A stretch of 36,948 nucleotides of DNA, from the sequence record SRR22947727_3313; one strand, 5' to 3'. The notes beneath the pieces are model-generated. The model worked only from the letters and a program-made list of their open reading frames with translations, was not told the origin of the DNA and made no database searches. Positions within the stretch are counted from its first letter, which is position 1; every line of letters begins with the position of its first letter. The position numbers and the translations under genes were made by a program. Shown here piece by piece: positions 19,346-28,282 of the stretch.

Positions 19346-19380
19346 TATAAAAAAACCCGCTAAAAGCGGGTTTTTTTATA
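19346..19380. terminator. Intrinsic terminator of the pnt operon (bidirectional form)
   Basis: Perfect 16-bp inverted repeat TATAAAAAAACCCGCT-AAA-AGCGGGTTTTTTTATA. Confidence 0.92.
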
Positions 19381-19397
19381 CCGGGTGATTCACTTAT

Positions 19398-20843
19398 CTA
19401 AGCCTGATTGAGCGCCGTCGTCATCTCGATCACCGCCTTCTTGCCATCGCCATAGACCATTAATGTATGGTCCATTGCAAACAGCGGATTGGGCAATCCA
19501 GCAAAGCCCGGGCTGAGCGATCTCTTAATCACCACCACATTTTTAGCCTTATCCACATTGAGAATTGGCATGCCATAAATGGGGCTACCCTCAGACTCGC
19601 GGGCCATTGGATTAGTGACATCATTGGCACCGATAATTATTACCACATCAGTGTCTTCAAAAGTGGGGTTGATTCTATCCATCTCCACCAGTTTGTCGTA
19701 AGGCACCTCGGCCTCGGCCAGCAATACATTCATATGGCCAGGCATACGACCAGCCACAGGATGAATACCATACTCAACTTCCGTTCCTCGGGCTTCCATA
19801 GCATCAGCCAATTCCCGCACCGCGTGCTGGGCCTGAGCCATCGCCATACCATAGCCGGGCACAATAACCACGCGCTCGGCCATTTCCAGCATCAAAGCCA
19901 CTTCATCTGGCTGGGCGCTGGTGACCTTGCCCGCATAGATTTCATCCGCATCCACGGTTTCACCACCGGCCGCCATCTTGCCAAACAGCACATTGGCCAG
20001 TGATCGATTCATGGCCACACACATAATCTGAGTCAAAATCAGACCAGAGGTACCCACCAGAGATCCAGCGACAATCAGTACCGTATTGCCCAGGATAAAG
20101 CCCGCCAGTGCCGCAGCTATACCAGAGTAGGAGTTAAGCAGAGCGATAACCACCGGCATATCGGCGCCACCAATAGGCATTACCAGAAACAGACCAAGCA
20201 ATAGAGCCAGGCCCACAATACTGACCATAGCCACTGTATTGCCTGGATTAATAACCAGAGAAACCACAGCAGCCAGTGCCGCTATCAGGAAGATAGCATT
20301 GCCAATCGGGCCACCAGGTAAGCCATAGCTCTTTTTCATCAGCTCCTGCAGCTTGGCAAAGGCAATAAAGCTACCAGTCAGGGTCACTGCACCGATTAGC
20401 ACTGTCAGGCCAATGGATACCAGCGCAATAGTAGCCTCGGCACCCTGCCCAAAGGCACTGGCACTGGTTACAACTGGGGTAAGAATATCGGCAAATGAGG
20501 TGGGCGCCTGGCCCAGCTTGGAGTAGTACTCGGCTAGAGCAATAGTCAGAGAAGCGCCACCACCAAAGCCATTCAACAGTGCCACCATCTGCGGCATGGA
20601 GGTCATTTGAATTCTCAGTGCCATGGTGGCACCAATAATGCCACCCACCAGCACACCGGCGATGATGTAACTGAAGTTAACAATGCTGCTATCGAGCAGG
20701 GTGATAACAACGGCCAGTAGCATACCCAACGCTGACAAGGTATTTCCACGCACGGCAGTTTTAGGTTTTGTCAGCCCTTTGATACCCAGAATAAACAGGA
20801 TACCGGCAACCAGATAAACGAAATTTACAAAAGTCTGATCCAT
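19398..20843 (-). CDS. pntB: NAD(P) transhydrogenase subunit beta
   Basis: IGGADMPVVIALLNSYSG, AMNRS, VPGYGMAMAQAQH, HPVAGRMPGHMNVLLAEA, GANDVTNP. Confidence 0.97.
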   Translation of the reverse strand: MDQTFVNFVYLVAGILFILGIKGLTKPKTAVRGNTLSALGMLLAVVITLLDSSIVNFSYIIAGVLVGGIIGATMALRIQMTSMPQMVALLNGFGGGASLTIALAEYYSKLGQAPTSFADILTPVVTSASAFGQGAEATIALVSIGLTVLIGAVTLTGSFIAFAKLQELMKKSYGLPGGPIGNAIFLIAALAAVVSLVINPGNTVAMVSIVGLALLLGLFLVMPIGGADMPVVIALLNSYSGIAAALAGFILGNTVLIVAGSLVGTSGLILTQIMCVAMNRSLANVLFGKMAAGGETVDADEIYAGKVTSAQPDEVALMLEMAERVVIVPGYGMAMAQAQHAVRELADAMEARGTEVEYGIHPVAGRMPGHMNVLLAEAEVPYDKLVEMDRINPTFEDTDVVIIIGANDVTNPMARESEGSPIYGMPILNVDKAKNVVVIKRSLSPGFAGLPNPLFAMDHTLMVYGDGKKAVIEMTTALNQA

Positions 20844-20846
20844 CGC

Positions 20847-21128
20847 TTACTTCCTCTTAAACATGGCAAGCATGCGATTAGTCACTAAATAACCACCTAC
20901 TACATTGATGGTCGCGAGAGTCACGGCGATAAAGCCAAGACCATTCACCAATATGGGAGAAGTATCGGACCCTGCGGCCAACAGCGCACCAACCAATGTA
21001 ATACCAGAGACCGCATTGGTGCCCGACATTAATGGCGTGTGCAATGTTGGCGGCACCTTGGTAATAAGTTCAACGCCAAGAAACAGCGACAGCACAAATA
21101 GCGCCAATAATAGTATTAGGATTTCCAT
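20847..21128 (-). CDS. pntAB: NAD(P) transhydrogenase subunit alpha part 2 (membrane)
   Basis: KVPPTLHTPLMSGTNAVSG, INVVGGYLVTNRMLAMF; 93 aa. Confidence 0.95.
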   Translation of the reverse strand: MEILILLLALFVLSLFLGVELITKVPPTLHTPLMSGTNAVSGITLVGALLAAGSDTSPILVNGLGFIAVTLATINVVGGYLVTNRMLAMFKRK

Positions 21129-21131
21129 GGT

Positions 21132-22322
21132 TTAAGCTCCTTCCGGCTGAGTCTGTGGCTCTAGCTCTGGCAGATTGAGTAACTTGCGCATATGGGGATG
21201 GGGAATCTCACCCTTATAGGCAACAACGGTGCCTGCAACAATTTCGTCATTAAAGTCGAGGTTAAGGTTGCCTGAGTCGTCGAGAATCAACTCCAGCAGA
21301 GTCTGCATATTTTTGCCCAGCATCTGGCTGGCATGGTAGGCCAGCTCAGAGGGCACATTTTCTGGACCCAGAATAGTCACATCATGGGCAACCACTGTTT
21401 GACCCTGCTCGGTCAAATCACAGTTGCCACCGCGCTCGGCGGCCAGATCCACAATCACTGAGCCAGGCTTCATGGCCTTAACCATATCCTCGGTCACCAG
21501 AATCGGCGACTTGGCACCAGGAATAGCTGCCGTAGTAATAATAATATCCTGCTGAGCCACCACTTCGGTCATTAGCTCGCGCTGTCGACGCAGGAAGTCT
21601 TCACCCTGCTCTTTGGCATAGCCACCAGCACCTTCAGACTCACCGGTATCCAGATCCAGTTCAACCGGCTTGGCACCCACAGACAGAATCTGTTCACGGG
21701 CTGCGGGGCGCACATCATAGGCTTCCACAACAGCGCCGAGACGCTTGGCCGTGGCACAGGCCTGCAATCCGGCGACACCCACACCCATAATCAATACTCG
21801 CGCTGGCTGTAATGTACCCGCAGCGGTCATCAACATAGGGAATATTCGTGCTGCAGCAGAGGCTCCCATCAGCACAGCCTTATAGCCCGCCAGAGTAGCC
21901 ATGGATGAAAGCACATCCATACTTTGGGCGCGGCTGATTCTGGGCACTAATTCCAGGGCTATGGCAGTGGCTCCCTTATCGGCAACCGCTTGCGCTGCCT
22001 GGGGTGAAGCCAGTGGGTCCATCATACCGATAATCAACTGACCACTGCGCAGCAACGCCAGGTCAGCGTCACTGTTTTCGTTGTTGGAGCCAAAGCTCTG
22101 CACCTGCAAAATAATATCTGCACTGGCAAATAGCTCTGCGCGATCCGTTGTCACCGCAGCACCAGCAGCGGTGTATTCCGCATCAGGATAACCTGCTGCA
22201 CTACCTGCATCTGCTTGAATCAGTACCTTTACACTTTTGTCCGTTAGAGACTGGACATTGGCAGGGGACATGGCGACACGTTTCTCACCGGTTTTGATTT
22301 CCGAGGGAATTCCGATAATCAC
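21132..22322 (-). CDS. pntAA: NAD(P) transhydrogenase subunit alpha part 1 (dI, NAD-binding)
   Basis: GEKRVA, PRISRAQSMDVLSS, GVGVAGLQA, GGYAK, DLAAERGGNC; GTG start. Confidence 0.96.
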   Translation of the reverse strand: MIIGIPSEIKTGEKRVAMSPANVQSLTDKSVKVLIQADAGSAAGYPDAEYTAAGAAVTTDRAELFASADIILQVQSFGSNNENSDADLALLRSGQLIIGMMDPLASPQAAQAVADKGATAIALELVPRISRAQSMDVLSSMATLAGYKAVLMGASAAARIFPMLMTAAGTLQPARVLIMGVGVAGLQACATAKRLGAVVEAYDVRPAAREQILSVGAKPVELDLDTGESEGAGGYAKEQGEDFLRRQRELMTEVVAQQDIIITTAAIPGAKSPILVTEDMVKAMKPGSVIVDLAAERGGNCDLTEQGQTVVAHDVTILGPENVPSELAYHASQMLGKNMQTLLELILDDSGNLNLDFNDEIVAGTVVAYKGEIPHPHMRKLLNLPELEPQTQPEGA

Positions 22323-22485
22323 TCAATTCTCCTAAATTTTGGGAAATGGACAATTACATTTCTATAATTTGCGTGAATGCTAGCAAATAAAATCACCGGC
22401 GAGTAATCGATTTGGGAATATTAGCTATTACAAATTAGTGATAGTCCAGAAACTCCGCAACCTGCGGGGCATGCAGCCGTACTTT

Positions 22486-22509
22486 CTATCTAACCATCTA
22501 ACTATCTAA
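22486..22509. repeat. Short tandem repeat, 3 x 8 bp (CYATCTAA)
   Basis: CTATCTAA CCATCTAA CTATCTAA just downstream of the ispB stop. Confidence 0.75.
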
Positions 22510-22523
22510 AAGATTGACTGGAC

Positions 22524-23477
22524 TCAGTTAATTCGGGAAACGGAAAAATCGGCCAGAGAAACCATTACCGACTTAAATCTACTCTCGGGTAAATGCTCCA
22601 GGGCTTGCACTGCCAGGTCAGCCTCCATAAGAGCGCGCTCCATACTATAGTCAATGCCCCCGGAAGCCTGCACAGCGCTTAGAATGCCACAAAAATGCTC
22701 TTTGCTTTTATGGGTAATGGCATCACAAATTAAACTGCGCTGGTCTTCCCCCACATGATCCCTGGCAAAAATCAACGGCAGAGTCATTTTGCCCTCAGCC
22801 AAATCACCGCCAACATTTTTGCCTATGGACTCAACATCTCCCTGATAATCCAGAATATCGTCAACAATTTGAAATGCCATACCCAGATGTCTGCCATAGT
22901 CTGCCATGGCCTTGGATTCGGTGCCCGCGAGCACAGCGCCTGTCTCTGCCGCAGCTTCAAATAGCTTGGCGGTTTTGCGGTAAATCACCTGCAGATAGAT
23001 ATCCTCGCCAATGGTCGGGTTACCTGCATTGGCCATCTGCTGAACTTCGCCCTCGGAGATCACATTGGTAGCATCAGCCATAAGGCCCATAATTGGCATA
23101 TCGCCAACCTCCACCAACATCTGAAAAGCTCGGGAATACAGGAAGTCACCTACCAGCACACTGGGAGCATTGCCCCACTGAGCATTGGCGGTTTCACGGC
23201 CCCGTCTCAGCGCAGACACATCAACCACATCATCGTGCAACAGGGTTGCCGTATGAATAAACTCAATAACAGCAGCCATCTTTAAATGTTGCGAGCCCTT
23301 GTAGCCATTGGCCAGGGCGCTGAGCAACAGGACCACAGGGCGCAACCTCTTGCCACCAGACTCAACAATATAATGGCCAATATTCTCAACCAGCCCCACA
23401 TCTGATTGCAGCTGGCTGACAATCAGTTGGTTGACGGCAGAAAATTCTTCTTTAATGGCTTCGTGGAAAGGCAGCAT
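22524..23477 (-). CDS. ispB: Octaprenyl/polyprenyl diphosphate synthase
   Basis: GGKRLRP, FIHTATLLHDDVVD (FARM), RRG, FQIVDDILD (SARM), GKNVG. Confidence 0.93.
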   Translation of the reverse strand: MLPFHEAIKEEFSAVNQLIVSQLQSDVGLVENIGHYIVESGGKRLRPVVLLLSALANGYKGSQHLKMAAVIEFIHTATLLHDDVVDVSALRRGRETANAQWGNAPSVLVGDFLYSRAFQMLVEVGDMPIMGLMADATNVISEGEVQQMANAGNPTIGEDIYLQVIYRKTAKLFEAAAETGAVLAGTESKAMADYGRHLGMAFQIVDDILDYQGDVESIGKNVGGDLAEGKMTLPLIFARDHVGEDQRSLICDAITHKSKEHFCGILSAVQASGGIDYSMERALMEADLAVQALEHLPESRFKSVMVSLADFSVSRIN

Positions 23478-23663
23478 TGCTTATTGGGTTCGCCGATTGT
23501 TATCCGAGGTGCATGCTAGGCAGACCCTGCCTTTCTGTCAACCCAAAATGTCCCGCCAGCCCAGCTCCAGCGCTATATTTGTCTGCCAATACTGGGTTTA
23601 ATGGTTGCCGCAACGGGCAGAACTGGGTACGATGCGCGCTTCACATCAACTCTCAAGGAACCC

Positions 23664-24185
23664 ATGTCCTTCAGCCCAAAATCCTCATATTCAAAAGAAG
23701 AAATACTCGCCAGCAGCCGCGGCGAATTGTTTGGTCCAGGTAACGCCAAACTCCCAGCCCCCAATATGCTGATGATCGACCGCATTGTCGAAATTAACAA
23801 TGACGGCGGCAAACATGGCCTGGGGCAGATTATCGCCGAAATCGATATCAATCCTGACCTCTGGTTCTTTGACTGTCATTTCGAGGGTGATCCAGTTATG
23901 CCAGGCTGTCTGGGTCTGGATGCACTGTGGCAGCTAGTTGGGTTCTTTTTGGTCTGGAATGGCAATAGCGGCCGGGGCCGTGCGCTGGGTGCAGGCAACG
24001 TAAAGTTCTTTGGGCAGATATTACCTACAGCTAAAAAAGTCACCTATAAGCTGGATCTCAAGCGATTGGTGCAGCGTCGGCTTATAATGGGCATCGCCGA
24101 TGGCTCTGTTGAGGTAGATGGCCGAGAAATCTATACTGCAGAAGATTTGAAGGTTGGCCTTTTTTCCAGCACTGATGACTTTTAA
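23664..24185 (+). CDS. fabA: 3-hydroxydecanoyl-ACP dehydratase/isomerase
   Basis: ATG at 23664 after [38 protein letters not shown] with the FabA-type Asp. Confidence 0.96.
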   Translation: MSFSPKSSYSKEEILASSRGELFGPGNAKLPAPNMLMIDRIVEINNDGGKHGLGQIIAEIDINPDLWFFDCHFEGDPVMPGCLGLDALWQLVGFFLVWNGNSGRGRALGAGNVKFFGQILPTAKKVTYKLDLKRLVQRRLIMGIADGSVEVDGREIYTAEDLKVGLFSSTDDF

Positions 24186-24243
24186 CCGCACCCTGTAATT
24201 TAACCAATATAGCTAACCTGGAACTTCAGCGAGAGGACTATCG

Positions 24244-25458
24244 ATGAGACGCGCAGTAATTACCGGACTTGGAATTGTGTCCTGTCTAGGCAACGACAGG
24301 GAAACCGTCACCAAGTCACTGCGAGACGGCATTTCTGGCATTCGCCGTCGCGAAGATTTTGTTGAAATGGGGCTGCGCTGTCATGTGGGTGCGGTACTGG
24401 ATATAGATCCCAAAGAGCATATCGATCGCAAGGTGCTGCGTTTTATGGGTGCCTCTGCCTCCTATGCCTATATTGCTACCGATCGTGCAATCGCCGATGC
24501 CGGACTCAGCGAAGAGATGGTTTCAAACCCGCGCACCGGCCTGGTAATGGGCGCAGGCGGCGTATCTGGAGAGATGTTTACTGAAAGCATTGATGTTATG
24601 CGCGAGCGCGGCATCAAGCGAGCTGGCCCCTACAGAGTGACTCAGATTATGGCCAGCACAGTCTCTGCCTGTGTCGCCACCCCCTTTAAGATCAAGGGCG
24701 TTAACTATTCCATGGCCTCGGCATGCGCCACCAGCGCCCACTGTATAGGTCATGCCCTGGAGCTAATTCAGCTGGGCAAGCAAGACATAATTCTGGCAGG
24801 CGGTTCCGAAGATATGCACTGGTCAATGGCTGGCCCCTTCGACGCCATGGGTGCACTGACCAGCAAGTACAATGACAACCCAGCAGTGGCTTCAAGAGCC
24901 TATGATGCCGAGCGCGATGGCTTTGCACCGGGTCTCGGGGCTGGAACCGTGGTAGTTGAAGAGCTTGAACATGCCCTTGCCCGCGGTGCCAATATTATCT
25001 GCGAAATTACTGGCTACGGCGCCACTTCAGACGGGGCAGATATGGTTTCTCCATCTGGTGAGGGTGCAGAGCGCAGCATGAAGATGGCAATGGAAACCGC
25101 CAGTGGGCCCATTGACTATATCAATGCCCATGGCACCAGTACGCCAGTTGGCGATATTGCCGAACTGGGGGCGATTCGCAATACCTTTGGTGACAACTGC
25201 CCGGATATCAGCTCCACTAAATCACTCTCAGGCCATAGCCTGGGTGCTGCTGGCGTGCACGAAGCAATCTACTGCATGCTGATGATGGAAGCTGGTTTTG
25301 TGACAGCCTCCGCCCATATAGATAAACTCGACGAACATGCAGAGGGGCTGCCCATACTGCTCGAAACCAAAGAAAAGCAGCTGGATCGTGTTATGTCCAA
25401 TAGCTTTGGCTTTGGCGGCACCAACGCAACATTGGTCATGGAGCGCTTCAATGGCTAA
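24244..25458 (+). CDS. fabB: Beta-ketoacyl-ACP synthase I
   Basis: [36 protein letters not shown]; directly follows fabA. Confidence 0.95.
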   Translation: MRRAVITGLGIVSCLGNDRETVTKSLRDGISGIRRREDFVEMGLRCHVGAVLDIDPKEHIDRKVLRFMGASASYAYIATDRAIADAGLSEEMVSNPRTGLVMGAGGVSGEMFTESIDVMRERGIKRAGPYRVTQIMASTVSACVATPFKIKGVNYSMASACATSAHCIGHALELIQLGKQDIILAGGSEDMHWSMAGPFDAMGALTSKYNDNPAVASRAYDAERDGFAPGLGAGTVVVEELEHALARGANIICEITGYGATSDGADMVSPSGEGAERSMKMAMETASGPIDYINAHGTSTPVGDIAELGAIRNTFGDNCPDISSTKSLSGHSLGAAGVHEAIYCMLMMEAGFVTASAHIDKLDEHAEGLPILLETKEKQLDRVMSNSFGFGGTNATLVMERFNG

Positions 25459-25490
25459 TCCTATCCAGTGGCAATAAAAAGTAGGCACAT

Positions 25491-25524
25491 AAAAAAAGGG
25501 AGCCAGCAATATGGCTCCCTTTTT
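25491..25524. terminator. Bidirectional intrinsic terminator between fabB and prx
   Basis: AAAAAGGGAGCCA-GCAATA-TGGCTCCCTTTTT. Confidence 0.92.
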
Positions 25525-25542
25525 GCCTTTTAGCCGCAGAGA

Positions 25543-26019
25543 TTACAGGGCAGCTAAAATAGCCTCGGCGCTAGAACCTTCCAGAGCGCCAGCATCCACA
25601 TTGAGCAGGCTGACCACACCGTCATCAACAACCATAGCGAAACGCTGGCTGCGGGTGCCCATACCAAAACCGCTGCCGTCTAACTCAAGACCCAGAGCCT
25701 TGGTAAAGTCGCCATTGCCATCGGCAAGCATCATCAGATGATCAGCGTTGGCACTCTGGCCCCAGGCATGCATCACAAAGACATCATTGACTGACATACA
25801 GGCAACGGTATCCACGCCTTTGGCTTTAATGTCATCAACATGAACAACAAAACCCGGCAGATGGGCCGCTGAACAGGTTGGCGTAAAGGCGCCGGGAACA
25901 GCAAAAAGAACAACCTTTTTACCGGTAAAAATATCTGCAGTGCTAATGCCCTCAGGACCCTCGGCACCCATAATGGTAAACATTCCCTCGGGGATTTTAT
26001 CGCCAACTTGAATTGTCAT
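25543..26019 (-). CDS. Peroxiredoxin, Prx5/type II
   Basis: VPGAFTPTCSAAHLPG, SVNDVFVM.AW, ADGNG.F, RSQRFAM. Confidence 0.95.
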   Translation of the reverse strand: MTIQVGDKIPEGMFTIMGAEGPEGISTADIFTGKKVVLFAVPGAFTPTCSAAHLPGFVVHVDDIKAKGVDTVACMSVNDVFVMHAWGQSANADHLMMLADGNGDFTKALGLELDGSGFGMGTRSQRFAMVVDDGVVSLLNVDAGALEGSSAEAILAAL

Positions 26020-26104
26020 ATCGACCTCATTGATTTTTAGTTTTTAAAGTAAGGCAGCGACCAGCTGAGCTTGACGCCACCCAAAAATAGTTGTGCTGAT
26101 AGAC

Positions 26105-26617
26105 CTAGAATGGAATATCGTCGTCAAATGTACCGCTCTGCTGTTGAGGTGCACTCTGTTGGGGAGAACCCTGCTGTTGCGGTGCGCTCTGCTGCTGAGG
26201 AGCACTCTCGCTTTGCTGCTGGGGTGCAGACTGCTGATAGCCGCCCTGAGACTGGTCATAACCTCCACCCTGCTGACCGCCGCGGCTGTCCAGCATCTGC
26301 ATCTCACTGGCAACAATTTCAGTGGTGTAGCGATCCTGTCCATCCTGCCCCTGCCACTTGCGGGTGCGCAGCGAGCCTTCAACATAGAGCTTTGAGCCCT
26401 TCTTGACATACTCTCCGGCAATCTCTGCCAGACGGTTAAAAAATACCACTCGGTGCCATTCGGTGCGTTCCTGCTGGTCGCCGGTATTTTTATCTTTCCA
26501 TGATTCAGACGTTGCAATACTGAGGTTGGTCACAGCGCCGCCTGATGGCATAAAGCGCGTTTCTGGATCCTGACCACAGTTACCCACGATGATGACTTTA
26601 TTGACTCCGCGTGCCAT
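26105..26617 (-). CDS. ssb: Single-stranded DNA-binding protein
   Basis: [26 protein letters not shown]-terminal FDDDIPF. Confidence 0.98.
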   Translation of the reverse strand: MARGVNKVIIVGNCGQDPETRFMPSGGAVTNLSIATSESWKDKNTGDQQERTEWHRVVFFNRLAEIAGEYVKKGSKLYVEGSLRTRKWQGQDGQDRYTTEIVASEMQMLDSRGGQQGGGYDQSQGGYQQSAPQQQSESAPQQQSAPQQQGSPQQSAPQQQSGTFDDDIPF

Positions 26618-26673
26618 TGATTTCCCCTGTTGTTCTCTGAGTTAAGTAGCGACAAATCACCTATTTAAAGGCG

Positions 26674-28053
26674 CTAGTCAGCAGTACGATTAAAATAAGG
26701 TTTTAGGCTTGGCATATCTACCCTCTGTTTATCAACTTTGATATAGGCCAGCTGCTCACCTTCAATTAAGAGTATATCTTCTACGCCAGTTATAGTTGAA
26801 ATTATTTTTGCAAAATCCTGATGGTTGGCATCACCCACCTGTAAAACCATAGTTTGCAGTGCTCTGGGCGACTGTAACCCAAGGGCCAGCAGCCACCAGA
26901 TAATCAAAATGCCGGCGATCAATAAAAACAGCCCATTGATACCATAGTACTGCAGGCTCCAACCGCCCAACACACCACCTACAGCAGCGCCAAAAAACTG
27001 GCAGGTAGAGTAAATACCCATAGCCGTACCTCTGTTGCCCGCCGGACAGGTCTTGCTCAGCCAGGAAGGCAGAGAGGCCTCAAGCAGATTAAAGGCCGCA
27101 AAAAAAGCCAGCAGTAAAATTGGCGTAAGCAGTGCACCCCGCTGCAAGCCGAGCAGCAGCATAGAGGCAGCCAGTATGGCTACCGCAGACACAAAGCTTA
27201 ATTTCTGCTTGTGATAGCGCTCACCCAGAATCATAGCGGGAATCATAGCCACAAACCCACCGCCCAACAGAGCGGCATAGACCCACCATAGATCCTGACT
27301 CGCAATCCCCAGTTCATCGGTAAGAATGGTTGGGATCACTACAAATGCTGCCATCAGTGCCAGATGCAGCGCAAAGATACCCAAATTAAGGCGCAGCAAG
27401 GTTGGGTTTCTCAGCAGCTGCCCTATCTGCTTTATATCCGCTAAAGTCTCGCGATTTTTCTGTACCACAGTGGCTCTGGGCACCTGTGATATAAACATCA
27501 GTATACCCAGCAAACCCAGCCCAGCGGTTAACCAGAATATGCCGGCGAGACCAACAGAGGCCGCTATCAGCGGGCCAACAATCATGGCCAATATAAATGA
27601 CAGACCAATACTGCCACCGATGGCTGCCATAGCCTTGGTGCGATTCTCTTCAGAGGTCAAATCTGTGACCATGGCCATCAGTGTACTGGCGATGGCACCC
27701 ATACCCTGCATGGCCCGTCCAATGACCAGCTCAACCATACTGTCTGCATTGGCCGCAAAAATGCTGCCCGCCACAAATATCAGCAGGCCGCCAACAATCA
27801 CAGGCCGCCGCCCTATTCGATCTGAGAGCAGTCCCAGGGGAATCTGCAGCAGGGCCTGAGTCAAGCCATAGGCGCCCAGAGTCAGGCCAAGCATCAGGGG
27901 CGAGGCACCATCATAGTCATCCATATACAGCGCCAGCACTGGCAACACCATAAACAGGCCAAGCATTCTAAAGCCGTAGAGACTTGCCAGAGAGGCGGTG
28001 GCGCGCCGCTCCACAACAGAAAATGCCGATGAAGATTGAGTAGGTTGAGTCAA
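26674..28053 (-). CDS. yajR: MFS transporter, YajR family
   Basis: RMLGLFMVLPVL, GLLSDRIGRRP motif A, FNLLEASLPS, C-terminal soluble extension; conserved position between uvrA and ssb; TTG start. Confidence 0.88.
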   Translation of the reverse strand: MTQPTQSSSAFSVVERRATASLASLYGFRMLGLFMVLPVLALYMDDYDGASPLMLGLTLGAYGLTQALLQIPLGLLSDRIGRRPVIVGGLLIFVAGSIFAANADSMVELVIGRAMQGMGAIASTLMAMVTDLTSEENRTKAMAAIGGSIGLSFILAMIVGPLIAASVGLAGIFWLTAGLGLLGILMFISQVPRATVVQKNRETLADIKQIGQLLRNPTLLRLNLGIFALHLALMAAFVVIPTILTDELGIASQDLWWVYAALLGGGFVAMIPAMILGERYHKQKLSFVSAVAILAASMLLLGLQRGALLTPILLLAFFAAFNLLEASLPSWLSKTCPAGNRGTAMGIYSTCQFFGAAVGGVLGGWSLQYYGINGLFLLIAGILIIWWLLALGLQSPRALQTMVLQVGDANHQDFAKIISTITGVEDILLIEGEQLAYIKVDKQRVDMPSLKPYFNRTAD

Positions 28054-28207
28054 GATGGTTTCAAATGCTGGTAGTGAAATCAGGCGCTCATCTTAACAGC
28101 GCAGAGCGGCAGCGAAAATATTTATCCTCAATTTTTTCTAAATCAGGGTCTATTCGAGGCTGCCCATCGTAATGATTACCTAATAGCTTCGTCAGCTTGA
28201 ATTCACT

Positions 28208-28237
28208 TTGATCTCAGGCGGCGCTGGGCCCTATAAT
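28208..28237 (+). promoter_or_regulatory. Putative sigma-70 promoter of uvrA
   Basis: TTGATC (28208-28213), 18 nt spacer, TATAAT (28232-28237), 45 nt before the ATG. Confidence 0.6.
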
Positions 28238-28282
28238 TACCGGTTTACTGCAGCCCTTTAAATCAACCAAAAAGAAGCACTA

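Noticed and set aside
28068..28083. Possible LexA box CTG-N10-CAG between yajR and uvrA
   Set aside because: It reads CTGG...TCAG rather than CTGT...ACAG and lies about 125 bp from the predicted uvrA promoter; likely chance.
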